Assembly: GCA_012295275.1 (NCBI GenBank)
Contig: CM022677.1
Coordinates: 5,332,001-5,396,000, forward strand
DNA length: 64,000 nt
Source of the DNA: Chrysomallon squamiferum
Taxonomy: Eukaryota; Animalia; Mollusca
Direction: 5' to 3'
Shown here: one piece after another, positions 1-14,060 of the stretch
Layout of the letters: each line of letters begins with the position of its first letter
Position numbering within the stretch: position 1 is the first letter of the stretch
Made by a program: the position numbers and the translations under genes
The notes under the pieces: model-generated
The model's input: the letters and a program-made list of their open reading frames with translations, nothing else
Databases searched by the model: none
Told to the model about the DNA's origin: nothing

Positions 1-231
1 ACTTACTTTTTTTGTTCTTCTTATGAATATCTATTACTGACATTTTCAACTTGAGACAAATCATCATTCAAGCTGATGATTATGCACATAACGTGCAAGG
101 AAGTACAAGGAATGCGTTCAATTTTTCTTTTTAGTATTTTTTCATTATTTCATTATTTATTTTATTTTTATTTATTTATTTTTTATTTATTTATTTTTTA
201 TTTATTCCCGGTAAGTAACCCTACCGGAATT

Positions 232-480
232 GAAAAGAAAAAAAATAGCAAATACAAGATTATAGAGTTATCTCCCATGATAACTTGTTCCGTTAACCAA
301 CCGATAATTCGTTAACGTAAAGCTCTAAAAGTTCGCTAGATTTGGCTTCAATTAATTGGTTGGCTTCAATTAAGCCAATTAAAGGTGCAATTGAAAAGGA
401 AAAGCAATAGCAAACACTTTGTTACAGTGTTATCTCCTATGGTAACTTGTTCCGTTAACCAACCGATAATCCTTTAACAC
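232..480 (+). repeat. Direct repeat pair (~232-320 and ~397-480)
   Basis: GTTATCTCCYATGRTAACTTGTTCCGTTAACCAACCGATAAT occurs near 267 and near 429, each preceded by AATAGCAAAYAC. Confidence 0.8.
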
Positions 481-695
481 ACGGGTTGGAAATGTTCACT
501 ATAGCATTAGTGTTTATAAATAGATCTTTTATGTGAAATAAATAATGTTTTTCACATCCCAGTCCCCTAAACAGAATTTTGGTCACATTTGGTGACCTGG
601 CGACTGGCCATTTCGAGTCCTGCATAATTATATCTCATGTTAAGAAATCTGTTTGTAACATAAACTATTATTTTAATACTGTTTAAATATTTCAG

Positions 696-1369
696 TCAGA
701 AGATGTAACTTATTGCATCTCAGAAAAATGTCCACAGATCTTGGATTCAAAAGCTATAGTCACTATTGAGCCACAACATGTAACATCTACTGCAGTGCTG
801 CCAAACGTCCGGCCCACGAAGCCTTAGAATCCGGCCCGCTAGTCAGTCTTCAGTTTATTCCTTAACATTAACGCAGACGCTTAATGCTGTTATTTTTCTT
901 CGATGATGATTGGTTACTAATCAATAGTTTTCAGTTTGAAGAATGGAGTAGCGTTAGGTCTAAAAATAGTGTGTTTGCTGACATCGAAAAATTGATAAAA
1001 AGTGAAGTATCACAAAGTAGTTGTATTTAAAAAAATGTGAGTCCGGCCCACTGGCATCGTTTTTTCTTAAATCCGGCCCATGTTCGGAAAAGGTTGGGCA
1101 GCACTGATCTACTGTAACAGACGACACAGATAATAGATCCCACCGTAATGGCCGTAACCCAGCATTAAATCCTCGTAAACATCTCCCCGATAATCAGAAT
1201 CATTTACCTTTTGCCCTTTATTGAGACAGAGCGGGATGTGAATATGACAGCTGATGAGAGACATCATCACAAGATGTAAATGCTGCTCCTGTAAGACGCT
1301 CATCTATGTCACGAGCTGATCAGCATCGTAATCCTCATAACCTACACCTCTCTGCAGTTGTTCTGGAAA
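696..1369 (+). pseudogene. Exon-like coding relic interrupted by a MITE, unidentified protein
   Basis: TTTCAG acceptor ends at 695. Removing the MITE and one TSD copy restores an open frame SEDVTYCISEKCPQILDSKAIVTIEPQHVTSTVTDDTDNRSHRNGRNPALNPRKHLPDNQNHLPFALY*. Coding-like sequence continues to a possible GT donor at 1370. Confidence 0.45.
793..1106. mobile_element. Non-autonomous hAT (Charlie-like) DNA transposon / MITE
   Basis: TIRs CAGTGCTGCCAAAC (793-806) and GTTGGGCAGCACTG (1093-1106). Perfect 8-bp TSD ATCTACTG at 785-792 and 1107-1114. Subterminal TCCGGCCC motifs, two at each end. Confidence 0.92.
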
Positions 1370-1610
1370 GTATGGCAACATTTTAAGTTGAGAAATTTCT
1401 AGAATAGAGAAATAATAACCAATGGGTCCTATTCTATAATGCTTAGATTATGTAATGTTTTAAAGTATTTAGTGTGGAGCAAAAGCTAGCAAGATATATT
1501 AACATGACTGCTTCTTATTGGGAGATTTCATTAGCACTGGGAAGTGTATGGTCATGTGATATGACCATATATGGTAACTGCTGAATGGCGTTTTGGCAGG
1601 TTCCATTAAA

Positions 1611-2025
1611 CCCGTACGGATAATTAGCGTATGAAAGCTTAGTGAGTACATCTCAGGTAAAGGACATAACTCTAACCTAAGTTTGTGAGTACATCTCACG
1701 TAAGGGAAATAACTCTAATCGATATAATTTTTTCTTCGCGGCGTAAACTTCTCCCACATCCGGGTGATACGTCACGGGTTATGATATTTTTATATATAAA
1801 AAACTGATTTTTCCTCAATCGTGGATCGAATCTCGGCGTTTGTGGATGTTCCATTTATCCCGTACGGATAATTAGCGTACGTAAGCTTAGGGAGTACATC
1901 TCATGTAAGGGGCGTAACTCTAATCTATGTTTGTGAACACGTATCACTAAAGGGCGATAACTAATTGATGTAATTTTTACTTTGCTCTGTAAGGGACATA
2001 ACTCTAATATATGTTTGTGAACATA
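1611..2025 (+). repeat. Degenerate ~42-bp tandem units within a duplicated block
   Basis: CCCGTACGGATAATTAGCGTA at 1611 and 1859. Repeated GAGTACATCTCA..TAAGGGACATAACTCTAA-like units. Confidence 0.7.
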
Positions 2026-2059
2026 TCAAAAGAGAATTAATAATGATACTGATAAGTTA

Positions 2060-2950
2060 TTGTTAAGAGATATAGCTAAAGAGTCATGGAAAAATGATAG
2101 ATAAAGGTACAGAGAAAAAAGATGATAGAGATAAAGGTAGAGAGACAGAGACAAGTGATAGAGATATAAATAGAGACAAACAAATGATTGATGGGATAGA
2201 CAGATGTAGTTAGACAAGAGACACTGGTACAGAGATACGGGTACAGCGAGGCATGCGATAGAGATATAGATAGAGAGTCAGAGACACGTATTAGTGATGT
2301 AGGTAAAGAGAAGGAGACAAGTCAAAGATACAGATTTATCAGTAGAGAGTCATAGAAGTGATAAAGGCAGAGAGAGAATCAAGTGATAGAGAGATATTCA
2401 CTATATAGATGAATTGATGATGAATGATAAAGAGACAGGTTGATAGATAGACAGACAGGTGGACAGATGGCTAGTGAAAAACATGGTCACATGGATTGTA
2501 GATGGTTATAATAAGGTCGACTGGTTAGACTAACATACAGAAAGACAGAGTGAACAGGCAGACAAACACGCAGATAGCGAGAGAAAGATTAATGGACTGA
2601 ATAACAGATTCAGACAGTTAGAGACACAGATTAGGTTGACAAATATGTCCAAATACAGAGCAGTTTAAAGCTAGATTGAGAGAGAGAAAGAGAGATGGAT
2701 AGAAACAAATACATAGATAGCTAGATTGATTAGAAGTATAGACAGCTGTACAAATAGACAGAAGGTTTTAATACTTGTAAGTTTAACACAGAGACTGATG
2801 AACAGACCCACAGTGTTGACAAATTTACATATTTGGAGAAAGAGAAGAATAGATGAATAGATGAACAGATGAAGACAGACAGAGAGTCAGAAAGACAATT
2901 ACAGTGCTGGATGAATACAGAAATTGAAAGACAGAAAAATAGAAATGGAA
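2060..2950. repeat. Degenerate GATA/GACA purine-rich simple repeat
   Basis: Runs of AGAT/AGAC/AGAG throughout. Confidence 0.7.
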
Positions 2951-3585
2951 ATTTATAGAAACCGGTATTGCAAGGAAATAATATGCTGCTTATTTTTTCT
3001 TATTATTTTCTATTGACTATTTACACCTTACAAAAGGTAAATATTTGTTATTTTGTTTTAAAGAGTAATTATTGATATCATCGAGCAAAAACTCAAATAC
3101 TGAGAGGGAGACAGGAATACTGACTTGTTTCTATAGATTTATAACAGCCCATACTCTGGCTCTGTCTCTGTATGTCTCTCTCTGTCTCTCTTGTTGTTAA
3201 ATATGTATCCATATATTTATGTGTTTCATCCTACATCAATCACGTTTCTAGCCGATATTTTCATGTCTCAGTCTATCCTTTCAAGCATTAATTTATCAGA
3301 AATCTCTCTACTCCTCCCTCCACCAGTCTCTCCACACATGCTTACAAACACCCATCCATCCACATATCCATAATGCAACAGCCATCATTAAAACATATCT
3401 GATGCACATACTATACTAGCAGAAATGTTGTCGTTCCTATATAGCGCGTACATTCATTACGAAGAAATAATAAATAATAATAATAAAAATAAATTTTAGA
3501 AAGCAAATAATGTAATTTATTAATAACTTCTTTTTGTTTATTTATTTATGCAAGCTAGGAAAAGATATAACAATATAACAACAAA

Positions 3586-3631
<46 letters not shown>

Positions 3632-5161
3632 GTAAGAAGAATTCGCGATATTTTTCGAGCGAACTGACACATTTTTAAGAAGATAGTTCTGTAAACGTTG
3701 GAGTTTACTCTGGTTCTAAAACAATTATTACGTTCTCTTGTTTAAGTATTAGGGCCATCGCAAATAAAGTAATAGTAATAATACAGAGAAACTTAAATCA
3801 CCATAGCGCTTTATAACAAAGCATTTCATAATATTCTGACATTTAAAAATATGTCTATACTGCTCAGCTGTTGATGGAAAAGTTTCGTGTGAATCATTAA
3901 TGAATACACCCAGTGAGTAGTTGCTACAACATTTTTTCTTACTTCTAAAATAAATGTTTTCACTTAAGGTCTATCTTGTTAACAGATGCTTTACTCGAAA
4001 CGATTTATCTTTTAAATATTATAAAAAGCTTTGTATATTTGTATTATTTGTTTTATAATTTTGTTTTTGAGCTAATACAATATGTATCTAGGTAGCCAGG
4101 GACTGGTTGACCTAGAGACTAACAACGTCAGACTAGATTTATTTTTTTACTGAGCTTTTTATTAAAACTCTTCTAAATCGGTTACGTAAACACCTCAGTG
4201 GACTTTTCTCTTTATTTACGTTTGATTGCCACAGCTTATTTGTAACAGTTTGTAAAGTTTCTGTCTTGTTTATTAAACTGTTTACTGTGTTGGTAGATCG
4301 GAGTATAAATTGTTTGTTTGAGTCAATGTTTACTTACACAAGCTGTTTTTATTTTTTGTTGTTGTTGTTGTTGTTTCATAGTTTTATGAGTATTTTATTA
4401 TGTTTATTCTTTATACGAATCTTTTAAGCTTTAATAACAACAATAACAATAAAAAAAAAAAATAAAAAATAAAAAATAAAAAATAATAATAATAATAATA
4501 ATAAAAATGAGACAAATCTTTTCGTTAGTATGGCTAATATCACGTTACTGTACAGTATTTATTTACTTAATGATGCTAATATTCAGAGTTTCCATACAAG
4601 ATTAATAACTTAAAACTGACATTTAATTAGACTCCATATCGAGATTCTTCCTGAATTGTTTCTGTTCTTTCTTTCTGAAGATCATCCACATCCAAAAACT
4701 GTATATTTTTCATTTCTTCTTGAGGAGTGTTTTTTCCTCTGTATCTTACTTTATTCTGACATAATCAAATTATTAATGTAATTTCCATCATATAGAAAGA
4801 CAGACAGACAAATAGAAAAATAGGTAGTTACATATAATCAAAGGATAACAGAAACAACATAAAAAAGTGTTTCATACACAAACACAAACACACACATTCA
4901 TACACGTACACATAAACTCGGAGATAAAAACAAATGTACAACAAATAAGAAAAATAAATATAATAACATATATAAAATAAACAAATAAAATGAAATAGAA
5001 ATGAAAGATAAAATAATGAAACGTGTCATTTTATCCCTCCCCCCCATCAGTTCAATAACCTGCGTATTTTAAACTGATATATATTTAGAATTATAATCAT
5101 CATAACGCTATTTTTATACCAGATATTTAGGTATTCATAACACTAGTAGACATCTTCAAAT

Positions 5162-6632
5162 ATGTATCAGCAGTACATTACTTTAGTTTTGCTTTTATCA
5201 GCTGTGAATTCAGAACTGTTTACGTCCGTATCACATCTGAACAGCTCTGTACTAGCAGGAAGAGACTTGGCAATAGCATTAAGAAATTTCAGTCACGTTC
5301 ATGAACAAGGAAATAAATTGGAAAAGTTGAAAACAATTTCTGATCAAATTAAACATCACTGTTCGATCGCACTAAAAGACCCAGATCGTTACATAGCCAA
5401 CCCGATTGGTGCATTTTTATATATTAAACGTTTCACTTTGGATTGGGAACGAGATGTGCAGCCTATTCTTCACGAAAGTATTACGTCCCAGACAGAATTA
5501 ACCGAACTACAAGAAATTCGTGAACATCTTCCAAGTTACAAAGATTTAGAAGGGGTCGCTGCAGCTGTGTTTCGACTTCAAGACACATACAAATTAAATG
5601 CGACAAGATTAGCAGACGGTTTTATATATGAACGATATATACAGAGATTATCAGCAGAAGACTGTTATCACTTAGGTAGCCTCGCATACAAAATGAAAAA
5701 ATACAACTATGTAAATATTTGGATGGACATCAGTCTCGAGAAACAAAGAACGGAAACAATTCAGAGAGTATTTCATGACTATGAAATTAACGGTAGAGAA
5801 TTAGCGGTACAGATAGAGCTAATTTTAGCTCCTGGACTTGAACGTGCTCCGAACAGAAGGAAAAAGTATTCAAGGACAGAAAAGAGAAAAAGAAAATGCC
5901 AGAGTTAAAGAAAAAACAACTTTCGATGCTCTCTGTCGTGGTGAAGACGTTATTAAAATACGACAGACACATCGTCTGAAATGTCGCTACCATTACAACA
6001 ACAAAAATCCGCTTCTAATTCTTAAGCCTGCCAAAGAAAAGATTCTGCATTTCTCACCGAAAATTGTTCTCTATCATGATTTTATCAGTGAGGCTGCAAT
6101 TGAAGACATTAAAACAGTTTCCATGCCACTTTTACAACCATCTGTAATCAATCACTGTGGAAAAAGTATCAAATCTGAGAAAAGAATTAACAAACATATA
6201 TGTCTAGGAAGAGGTTTCATAGAAGTAGACGCGAGAATTCAGAAAAGAATTGAAGCAATCACAGGTCTTTCAATGAAAGCTTCAGAACCACTTCAGGTGG
6301 CAAACTATGGAATAGGCGGACAGTTCACGGCTCATACTGACTATTTCAACATAGCATATTCTTCCAGTGAAAACAGAATTGCCACTTGGTTAAACTATAT
6401 GAGTGATGTAGAAGGAGGTGCAACAGTGTTTCTTCATCTTGGTGTAAGAATACAACCTAAAGCAGGTGCAGCTATATTTTGGTATAATTTATATCGGGAT
6501 GGTTCACCTAACAAAATGACAATTCACGGAGCTTGTCCCGTTCTTATTGGCTCTAAATGGGTATCAACTTACTGGATTCTAGAAAAAGAGCAAGTATTCA
6601 AGGGACCATGTTCCACAAATCCAGAAGAATAA
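5162..6632 (+). pseudogene. P4HA: Intronless prolyl 4-hydroxylase alpha subunit (probable retrocopy) with one frameshift at ~5870-5905; pseudogene or assembly indel
   Basis: ORF 5162-5908 has a signal peptide plus P4Ha N-domain motifs (ELFTS, NPIGAFLYIKRFTLDW, LPSYKDLEGVAAAVFRLQDTYKL). ORF 5838-6632 has FDALCRG, LKCRY and the 2OG-Fe(II) motifs LQVANYGIGGQFTAHTD, NRIATWLNYMSDV, HGACPVLIGSKW. Confidence 0.93.
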
Positions 6633-7792
6633 ATGAATCACGATGCAACTTTTAATGCGAGCAGATCCTAGAAAGAGATTTCTTGTTTATTGATTAATTT
6701 GTTGTTTGTAAATATTTTCCATAGGCATTTATTTAAAATAATAAATAAATAATAAAATATATAGTAAAAGTATTTGTTATTGGATTTTATTGATTTCCTT
6801 TATTTTTATTTCTTTTATTATTATTTTTTTTCATCCCTTCTTTCTTTCTTGGTTAATTCCGCAGTATTTTTCAAAGATGCCTGTTTGTGTAAATGATTAC
6901 TCTCGTTCAAAATATAATAATTACGTCCTCTTGTCTCTCGATTTTCTTTAAGGCATTAGAATCATTGCAAATGCTACTCTTTGCCTTTAGACATAAAATA
7001 CAACGACAAACCTATATAAACATGCTTGCTCATTGTAACATCTGTTACACTAGTTAATTCTTTGTTCTTGAGATGAAAATTAAAGATCGTTTTAACTTGT
7101 AAAAGGAGATATATTTTAAAGGATTGTTTAATTAATTTATTTATTTATTTACTAAAAATAATAATAAAAAAAAACAACAACAAAACAATCAAATATGCTG
7201 TATGTGAATATTTATAATATATTTTTTTTAAATAGTTATTTTTCATAGGTCCGTATGTTTAAAGTATTAAATTTACCAGTGTCTACTTATTTCAGCCAAA
7301 CGTCGACAAGTCTCTTTTGATATGCACAGCAAATGTTTATTATCAGTAGTCAATAATGGGTTACACTGCTTGTAATAATTAAATCATATATATATTAGCT
7401 GTCCATTGTAGATGTAAATTGTCATTACGTATATAATGCGTTAAACAATGAGGTCAACAAAGAAGATACATACACACACATACATACACATACACACAGA
7501 AAACAGCTTATTATTTATTAATTCACTGAGTTAAAATAGACTGTCTTATATTTTTGCTTGTTTTACTGAATTAAAATGTATAACAAAAACAAAAATGTAT
7601 AAAATTCACCACATTGATTCAGTATTTTCCTAATTCATTTTTATTTTACAGAATTATCATAAATGTCATTCCTTGAACACACCTACACATTTACATGTAT
7701 TATTCTTTATACAGCTAGATACGACGTTTCGTTATTAACGATTTTCTGTGGTGTACAATGACGTACACCGTCAACTCCACAAACTGAAAAAA

Positions 7793-7863
<71 letters not shown>

Positions 7864-7929
7864 AAAAAAAAAAAAATAAAAAAAAAAAAAAAAATGTAGC
7901 TGAAGGGAGATTACTCTCATATAATTTTT

Positions 7930-8044
7930 TGTGTTTGTGGGGTGCGGGATTTCTGCTGTTATTTGCGGTATTTGTTATTTATGGATTTTGCAAATAAATG
8001 TAGATTCTACGAAACATGAAGAGTTGATTTCTTTATATATTCAG
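7930..8044 (+). other. Candidate non-coding first exon upstream of the MCC-like exons
   Basis: Locally CpG-containing segment ending in CAG|GTAATG donor at 8045. Start position is uncertain. Confidence 0.3.
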
Positions 8045-8596
8045 GTAATGCTACAGTACTTTTTTTTTTTTCCTTTTTTTTTATATAGTTTGAAGTACAT
8101 GTTTGTTATTTAGCTTCTAAAATGTTTTGTCGTCTGCGTTTTTGGACAGTTTTAAAGTTTAGATAATCGAAAATAAATTATTAAACAATACGATATAGAA
8201 GCTTGTCAGAAGACTCAACTTTAATTTTTTTGAGTAATTTAGCTGAATTTTTGTAATAATGAATAACAATATATTGACGATCGTTCTTTTGTTGTTTTAT
8301 TTAATTGCATTCATATTTTGTGTTATTCTGATTACTTATGTTCTGTTCCTTACTGACATACTGCTCGTACATGATTAATTACAGTTATTCTTAGTAGCAA
8401 GTAGTAGAAGTAGTTGTAATAACTAATACAAATAATAGCAAGTAGTATTTATAGCTGAGTTTTATAAAATAGTTTACAATTCAAATCACTTTTCACACAC
8501 ACACGCGTTTTAACGTAACAAGAGCTGTAACAACAACTTATACATGTATGTATGTATTTTATTTTTAAATATTTAGTTTATTATCACTATTTGTGA

Positions 8597-8630
<34 letters not shown>

Positions 8631-8763
8631 TTCATTATCGATATTTTTTCCTTAATTAGCTTTAGGAATGATAAAACAGACTGAATCACAAACATTCAAA
8701 AATAACATGTTTTAATTTAGTTGTAAAATGTAATATTTTAAAATTATTTCTTTTCTTTCCCAG

Positions 8764-9825
8764 CTTCACCAGGCGGCCTTGACCTCTCTGAAATGGGAGA
8801 TATTCGAGCTGAACAACAGGTTGGCACAAGTATAGCCTAAAGAGATCATTTAGAAAAATAACTGACTAAATGTCAGGTAAGAAATGATTTTTTTTTTTTT
8901 TTTTTTTTTTTATCCTAGCATTAGCCTGAAATTAAATCTCCACCTGCCTTTTAATGTTGTTATTCTAAGAATATAGCCTGACTAGAAAATAACATGTTTG
9001 GCAATAACTCTTGGTGATGATTTAAAGCTACTCTGGCTATCTTCCTGGAAAAGATTTAGAAAATATTTACGTTAACCTGATGATAAAAAGTTTTAATTAT
9101 TATATATTTACTTTCTGCCTTATTTGGTTATTATGTATTTATTTGATTATTTATTTATGATGTGTTCTTAAGCAGACAATAAACAAAGAGTACATAGGTT
9201 CAATAAATACAGTATATACTAATTCAAACTCATAAAAAAAAAATGTCTGTTGCTATTTTGAATACTAAGAGAATTTAGTCTGTATGTTTTTTAATTTGTC
9301 TATAAGACTGTTATATCCAAAAACCATTCAAAACTTCAAATATTTTAGTGATTCTAGAGGAACGCGTCACTGAACTTCACATTGTCATTGCAGAGCTGAT
9401 GAAGAAAACAGACACCAGATTAATGTCATCAAGTCAGTGGTCTTTATTAAATAATATATAGTGTGAGTTTGCTGTTCTTCCCTGCTTTTAATGAATAATA
9501 AAAACAATAATATAATATATCGGGACACATAATGAAACATAGTTTTGGCTTGTCATTATGTATTGTAAAATAATACCATTTGTTTGCTGGTTTTTCACTG
9601 TTTTTAATGGACAAGAAAAGATTCCTGAAAACCTGAAGCTCCAGAAATATGTGAAGAGACTTAACCATTTTTTCTTTCATTGTGTGAGTCAAGTCAGTCA
9701 TTCTTCAGATGTAAAACAACACCATTAGCTTGCTGTTCTTTACAGTGTTTAATGAAAGTCTAAGAAATAATTTCTAGGAATTTGTTGAAAATACCAAATT
9801 CCAGAAAGTGTAAAGACATTTGAAC

Positions 9826-9857
<32 letters not shown>

Positions 9858-11315
9858 CTTTTCATTTCTGTGTAGAGAAGAAGATGATCGGACAAAAGCA
9901 ATAATGGAGGAAGTATCAACGAGAATAATGCAAATGGCTCCCAGTCTGCGAGACCTGGTAATCATTTACTTTTATATTTATTTTTTGACTGTACAGTTTT
10001 GGCTGTTTTAGATAGATGTCCAATTGTTTCAAAACTTTATTAATTTTAATTTTAATTTATTATATAAATAGCAACATATTATAATTTGTTGGATTTTTTT
10101 AAATATTAAATTATAATAATTTGTTTTTTTCTCGTTTACTTACTGCTAGAAGGCATTAAAAAGAAAGTAACAAATAAATATATAATTAAAATTAGATATT
10201 TTTCTCATTTTCTTACTGTTAGAAGGAATGAAGGAATTAAAAAGAAAAGTTCCAAATAAATATATAGTTAAAATGAGATATTTTTTCAGTCAGTTAATTT
10301 GATCAGAAGAGCAAAAATAGAATTAAATTTACAAATAAAATTAAAATTTGTTCATGAGTTGTTGTTTTTTTCTTTAATTACTAAGTAACGTATAACCAAC
10401 ATTAAAACCGAGAATAATTATAAATGTTTTTTTTTTTTTTTTTTTTTTGTTTGGTTGTTTTAGAAATAGATAAAGAAAAAATGCAGAATTTTCCCGAGTT
10501 GTCACAGAACTGGAGTCAGCCATTGCAGAAAGAAAAGACTTTCCTCTCCACAATGTTGATCGCAACGTTGTTCAACGTATCAGAGAAGACGTAGAAAAAG
10601 ACAACGATAAATGTCAAGAACAGACAGGCAGACAGAACATAGAACTTACACAGCTATGTAGCCATATTGAACATATTAATGATGACAGGGAGAAGTTGAA
10701 AAGAAAGGTAACTCCGCATAAATATTAAAATAATTATATTTACATTTTTATTTGTAGGTAGAATTGAAACACAAAACTTATTTATAGAGATTGCTTTTTC
10801 CTTCAGTTATATAGTATGGCTTGTGTTAATAATTTCTGCATTGAGTCTTTCTATGAAAGAGTAACAGTTAAATTGTTAGTAACTGCATGAAATTGTTACA
10901 TTCTTAAAAAAAAGTACTGTAAAGTTGTTAGAAAATACACTTTTTTTAAAGTTTATACAAAAATAGTTAAAGGATAAATTATTACATTTTTGTTTACTGC
11001 TGAAAGAGTTACAGAATAAATTGTTACATTTTTATTTCAGTTGAAAGAGTTACAGGATAAATTGTTTTATTTTGTTACAGTTGAAAAAGCTAGAGGATAA
11101 ATTGTTACATTTTGTTACAGTTGAAACATACAGTTGACACAGAATAAACTGTTACATTTTGTTAAAATTGAAAGTTAGAGGAAAATTATTACATTTTTGT
11201 TGCAGTTGAAAGAGTTACAGGATAAGTTACCTCTGACAGATTTGTCTTCTAGTCCCATGAACAGTCAAACATCAACACCAACAAAGTCACAAATGAATCC
11301 TAATACAGGAGAGAG
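8764..11315 (+). pseudogene. MCC: MCC (colorectal mutant cancer protein) homologue, five-exon N-terminal fragment: 8764-8876, ~9358-9432, 9876-9957, 10464-10707, 11206-11315
   Basis: AG/GT-bounded exons translate to LHQAALTSLKWEIFELNNRLAQV, EERVTELHIVIAELMKK, EEDD, NAEFSRVVTELESAIAERK...DDREKLKRK and LKELQDKL...MNPNTGE. These are collinear with recalled human MCC (LHSAALASLKGDIVELNKRL, EERITELHSVIAELNKK, REEDE, NSELQRVLTGLE, ERDRLRRRVRELQ, INPSTGE). Stops and frameshifts are present in the first two exons. No further MCC exons recognised. Confidence 0.85.
10850..11226 (+). repeat. Tandem ~38-bp repeats made from the acceptor and start of MCC-like exon 5
   Basis: About 8-9 degenerate copies of AAATTGTTACATTTTTGTTACAGTTGAAAGAGTTACAGGATA. 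Confidence 0.8.
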
Positions 11316-12282
11316 GTATAAATAAATATTTGTCATATTGTCATTCATTTATGTTCCATGTAACTAAAGTAACTCTTAACACAGGAGAGAGGTATAAATA
11401 AACATTTCTTATTTTGTTTCTCATCTTTATTGCATTTGACTATAAGGGAATCAGTGGAGATAGACAGTGTATATGTTGTGTTTATTTTTTTATATGTGGA
11501 ATGTCGAGAAAATACAAAAAAAATGTATAATACAAATATATATATATATCTGTATTATATATTTTTGAGAAAATACAAAACTATTCCAAGTCATATTACC
11601 TCAGAAAAAATAAAACTGACAGAAAATGAATGATTGACAGTATTTTTCAAATTTTAAGTATGAATTTAACTGATTCTTAAACTTACAAATATTTCCCAAC
11701 TACAATCATTCAAAATCAAATTGCCAAAATAAATACATTTTTAACAATAACCCAGAATTACTGTTTATTTTTCCTAATCTGATTTTTAACCTTATTTTTG
11801 GGCCCTTGGGCAATACTGTTTCTTAAACAATAACACAGAATAAGTCATTGATATATTTTTCATGATATGAATTTAACTGATTTTAAACCTTATGTTTTTT
11901 GACAATAACACAGAATAACCCATGTCTTAAGACTACAGATAGAGATTAACCAATGAAACCACAGAATGACTAACCAACTAATCTCAAGAGAGAAATCAGC
12001 CAATCAGAATTAATTAGCTCAATATTATTTTTGTACACACTATGCTTATTTTAATGACTGACATTAAATTATTTTCTGATAATGTAGATTCTGCACATTG
12101 TGAATTATTATTATTATTATTATTATTATTTTATTAATATTATTGTTGTTTTTATTTGTTTTTTATTACCAGCTGGCATCACTTAATCTTGTATTCAGTT
12201 CTTTATCTGAATGATGCAAAAGTTAAGAACCAAACACTTACAGTTGATGGTAAATTTAGATTTGTAAAATATTTATATATAT

Positions 12283-12364
<82 letters not shown>

Positions 12365-13034
12365 ATGAATATATACATACACAAATGTGTATTTCATTCT
12401 GTAACTATCTAGATTATATTTTTTCAACTTTTTTCTTTTTCTGCTGATAGTTAAGCTACAGTTACCAGGTTTGTTAATACTGTTTTTCATTTTTTTCAGA
12501 TATTCCAGATTCCAAGTTCTCTACAGGAATTAAGACTGAACTCCAGTTGTTTAACCAACCAGCTGTTTGAGTTTCTATGGAAAACTCATTTCTTTGAAAG
12601 ACGTGGACATTGGAAATTGTCCTGATCTTTCTGTATCTGTCATTGACATTTTAGTTAAACTTACTTCAGGTAATTGTTTTTTAAATTTTATAAATATTTA
12701 TAATATTTAAATAATTATTCTACATATAATCCTAATCTTTCTCTATCAGACATAGACAATTTAGTTAAACCATATGCTAAGAAAATTAAACTAAACCTTT
12801 TTATTATGAAATAATTTTATGTAGATATTTTAATGCATATACATATTTTGTTTTGTTATATATTTGTAGTTGTATTAATTATCATATATTTCTTATTAAG
12901 TATTTACATATGTATAAACTGCTTGTTTCCTTTTTGCTTTTGTTCTCATGTTCTCTGTCTCTGAGTCTGTCTTTCTACCTTTTATAATTAATTTTGTAAT
13001 TTTAGCTTTACTTATATTTATATTCCTGAGAGGT

Positions 13035-14060
13035 GCAATAGAGATAATTGCACTGATAATAGTATGTATCTGTGTGTGCATGTGTATATGTGTGTGTGTT
13101 AACTGCTACTTTGGTAATAATGTGTGTGTGTGTGTGTATGTATTAGCAATAGTGATAATTTCTACTCTGATAATATGAGCAATAGTGATAACTGCTACTC
13201 TGATAATAGTAGGTGTATGTGTGTGTGTTTCTGAGTGTATCAGCAATAGTGATAACTGCCACAATGATAATATTATGTGTGTGTGTGTGTTTATCAGCAA
13301 TAGTAATAATTGCTAATAGTGTGTGTGTGTTTGTGAGTGATCAGCAATAGTGATAATTGCTACAATGATAATAGTATGTGTGTGAGTCTTTGAGAAATAG
13401 TATGAAATAGTTTTAGTATGAGAAATAGTGATAACTGCTTCTGTGATAATAGTATGAGTGTGTGTGTGTGTGTGTGTTTGTTACTGTATCAGGAATAGTC
13501 AAAACTGATAATAGTGTGTATGAGTATATCAGCAATAGTGATAACTGCTACTCTGATGCTAGTGTGTGTGTGCAAGTATATGAGCAATAGTGATAACTGC
13601 TACTCTGATAATAGTGTGTGTGTGTGTGTGTTTGTCAGCAATATTGATGACTGATAACAGTCTGTGTGCTTGTGTATGTTTGAGTGTATCAGTAATAGGG
13701 ATAATTGCTTCTCTGATAATAGTGTTTGTATATGTGTGAGTATATCAGCAGTAGTGATAACTGCTACTCTGATAATAGTGTGTGTGAATGTGTGAGTATA
13801 TCAGCAATTGTGATAATTACTTCTCTGATAACTGTGTGTGTTTGAGTGTATCACCAATACTGCTAATTTCTACTCTGATAATAGTCTGTATATGTGTATG
13901 TTTCAGTGTACTGCTACTCTGAAAATAGTATGTGTGTTTGTGTGTATATGTGTGTATCAACAATAGTGATAATTGCTACTCTGATAATAGTATATGTGTG
14001 TGTATCAGCAATAGTGATAACTGATAATGGTGTGTCTGTGTGTGTGTGTGTGTATCACTG
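13035..14060 (+). repeat. Compound minisatellite ATCAGCAATAGTGATAACTGCTACTCTGATAATAGT(GT)n
   Basis: Many tandem copies of a ~36-bp core separated by variable (GT)n. Confidence 0.92.

Noticed and set aside
5867-5879. Tiny GT..AG intron that would repair the P4HA frameshift
   Set aside because: Far too short for spliceosomal removal.
13035-14060. CRISPR-like pattern of a constant ~36-bp repeat with variable spacers
   Set aside because: The spacers are only (GT)n, the context is eukaryotic and there are no cas genes. It is a compound minisatellite.
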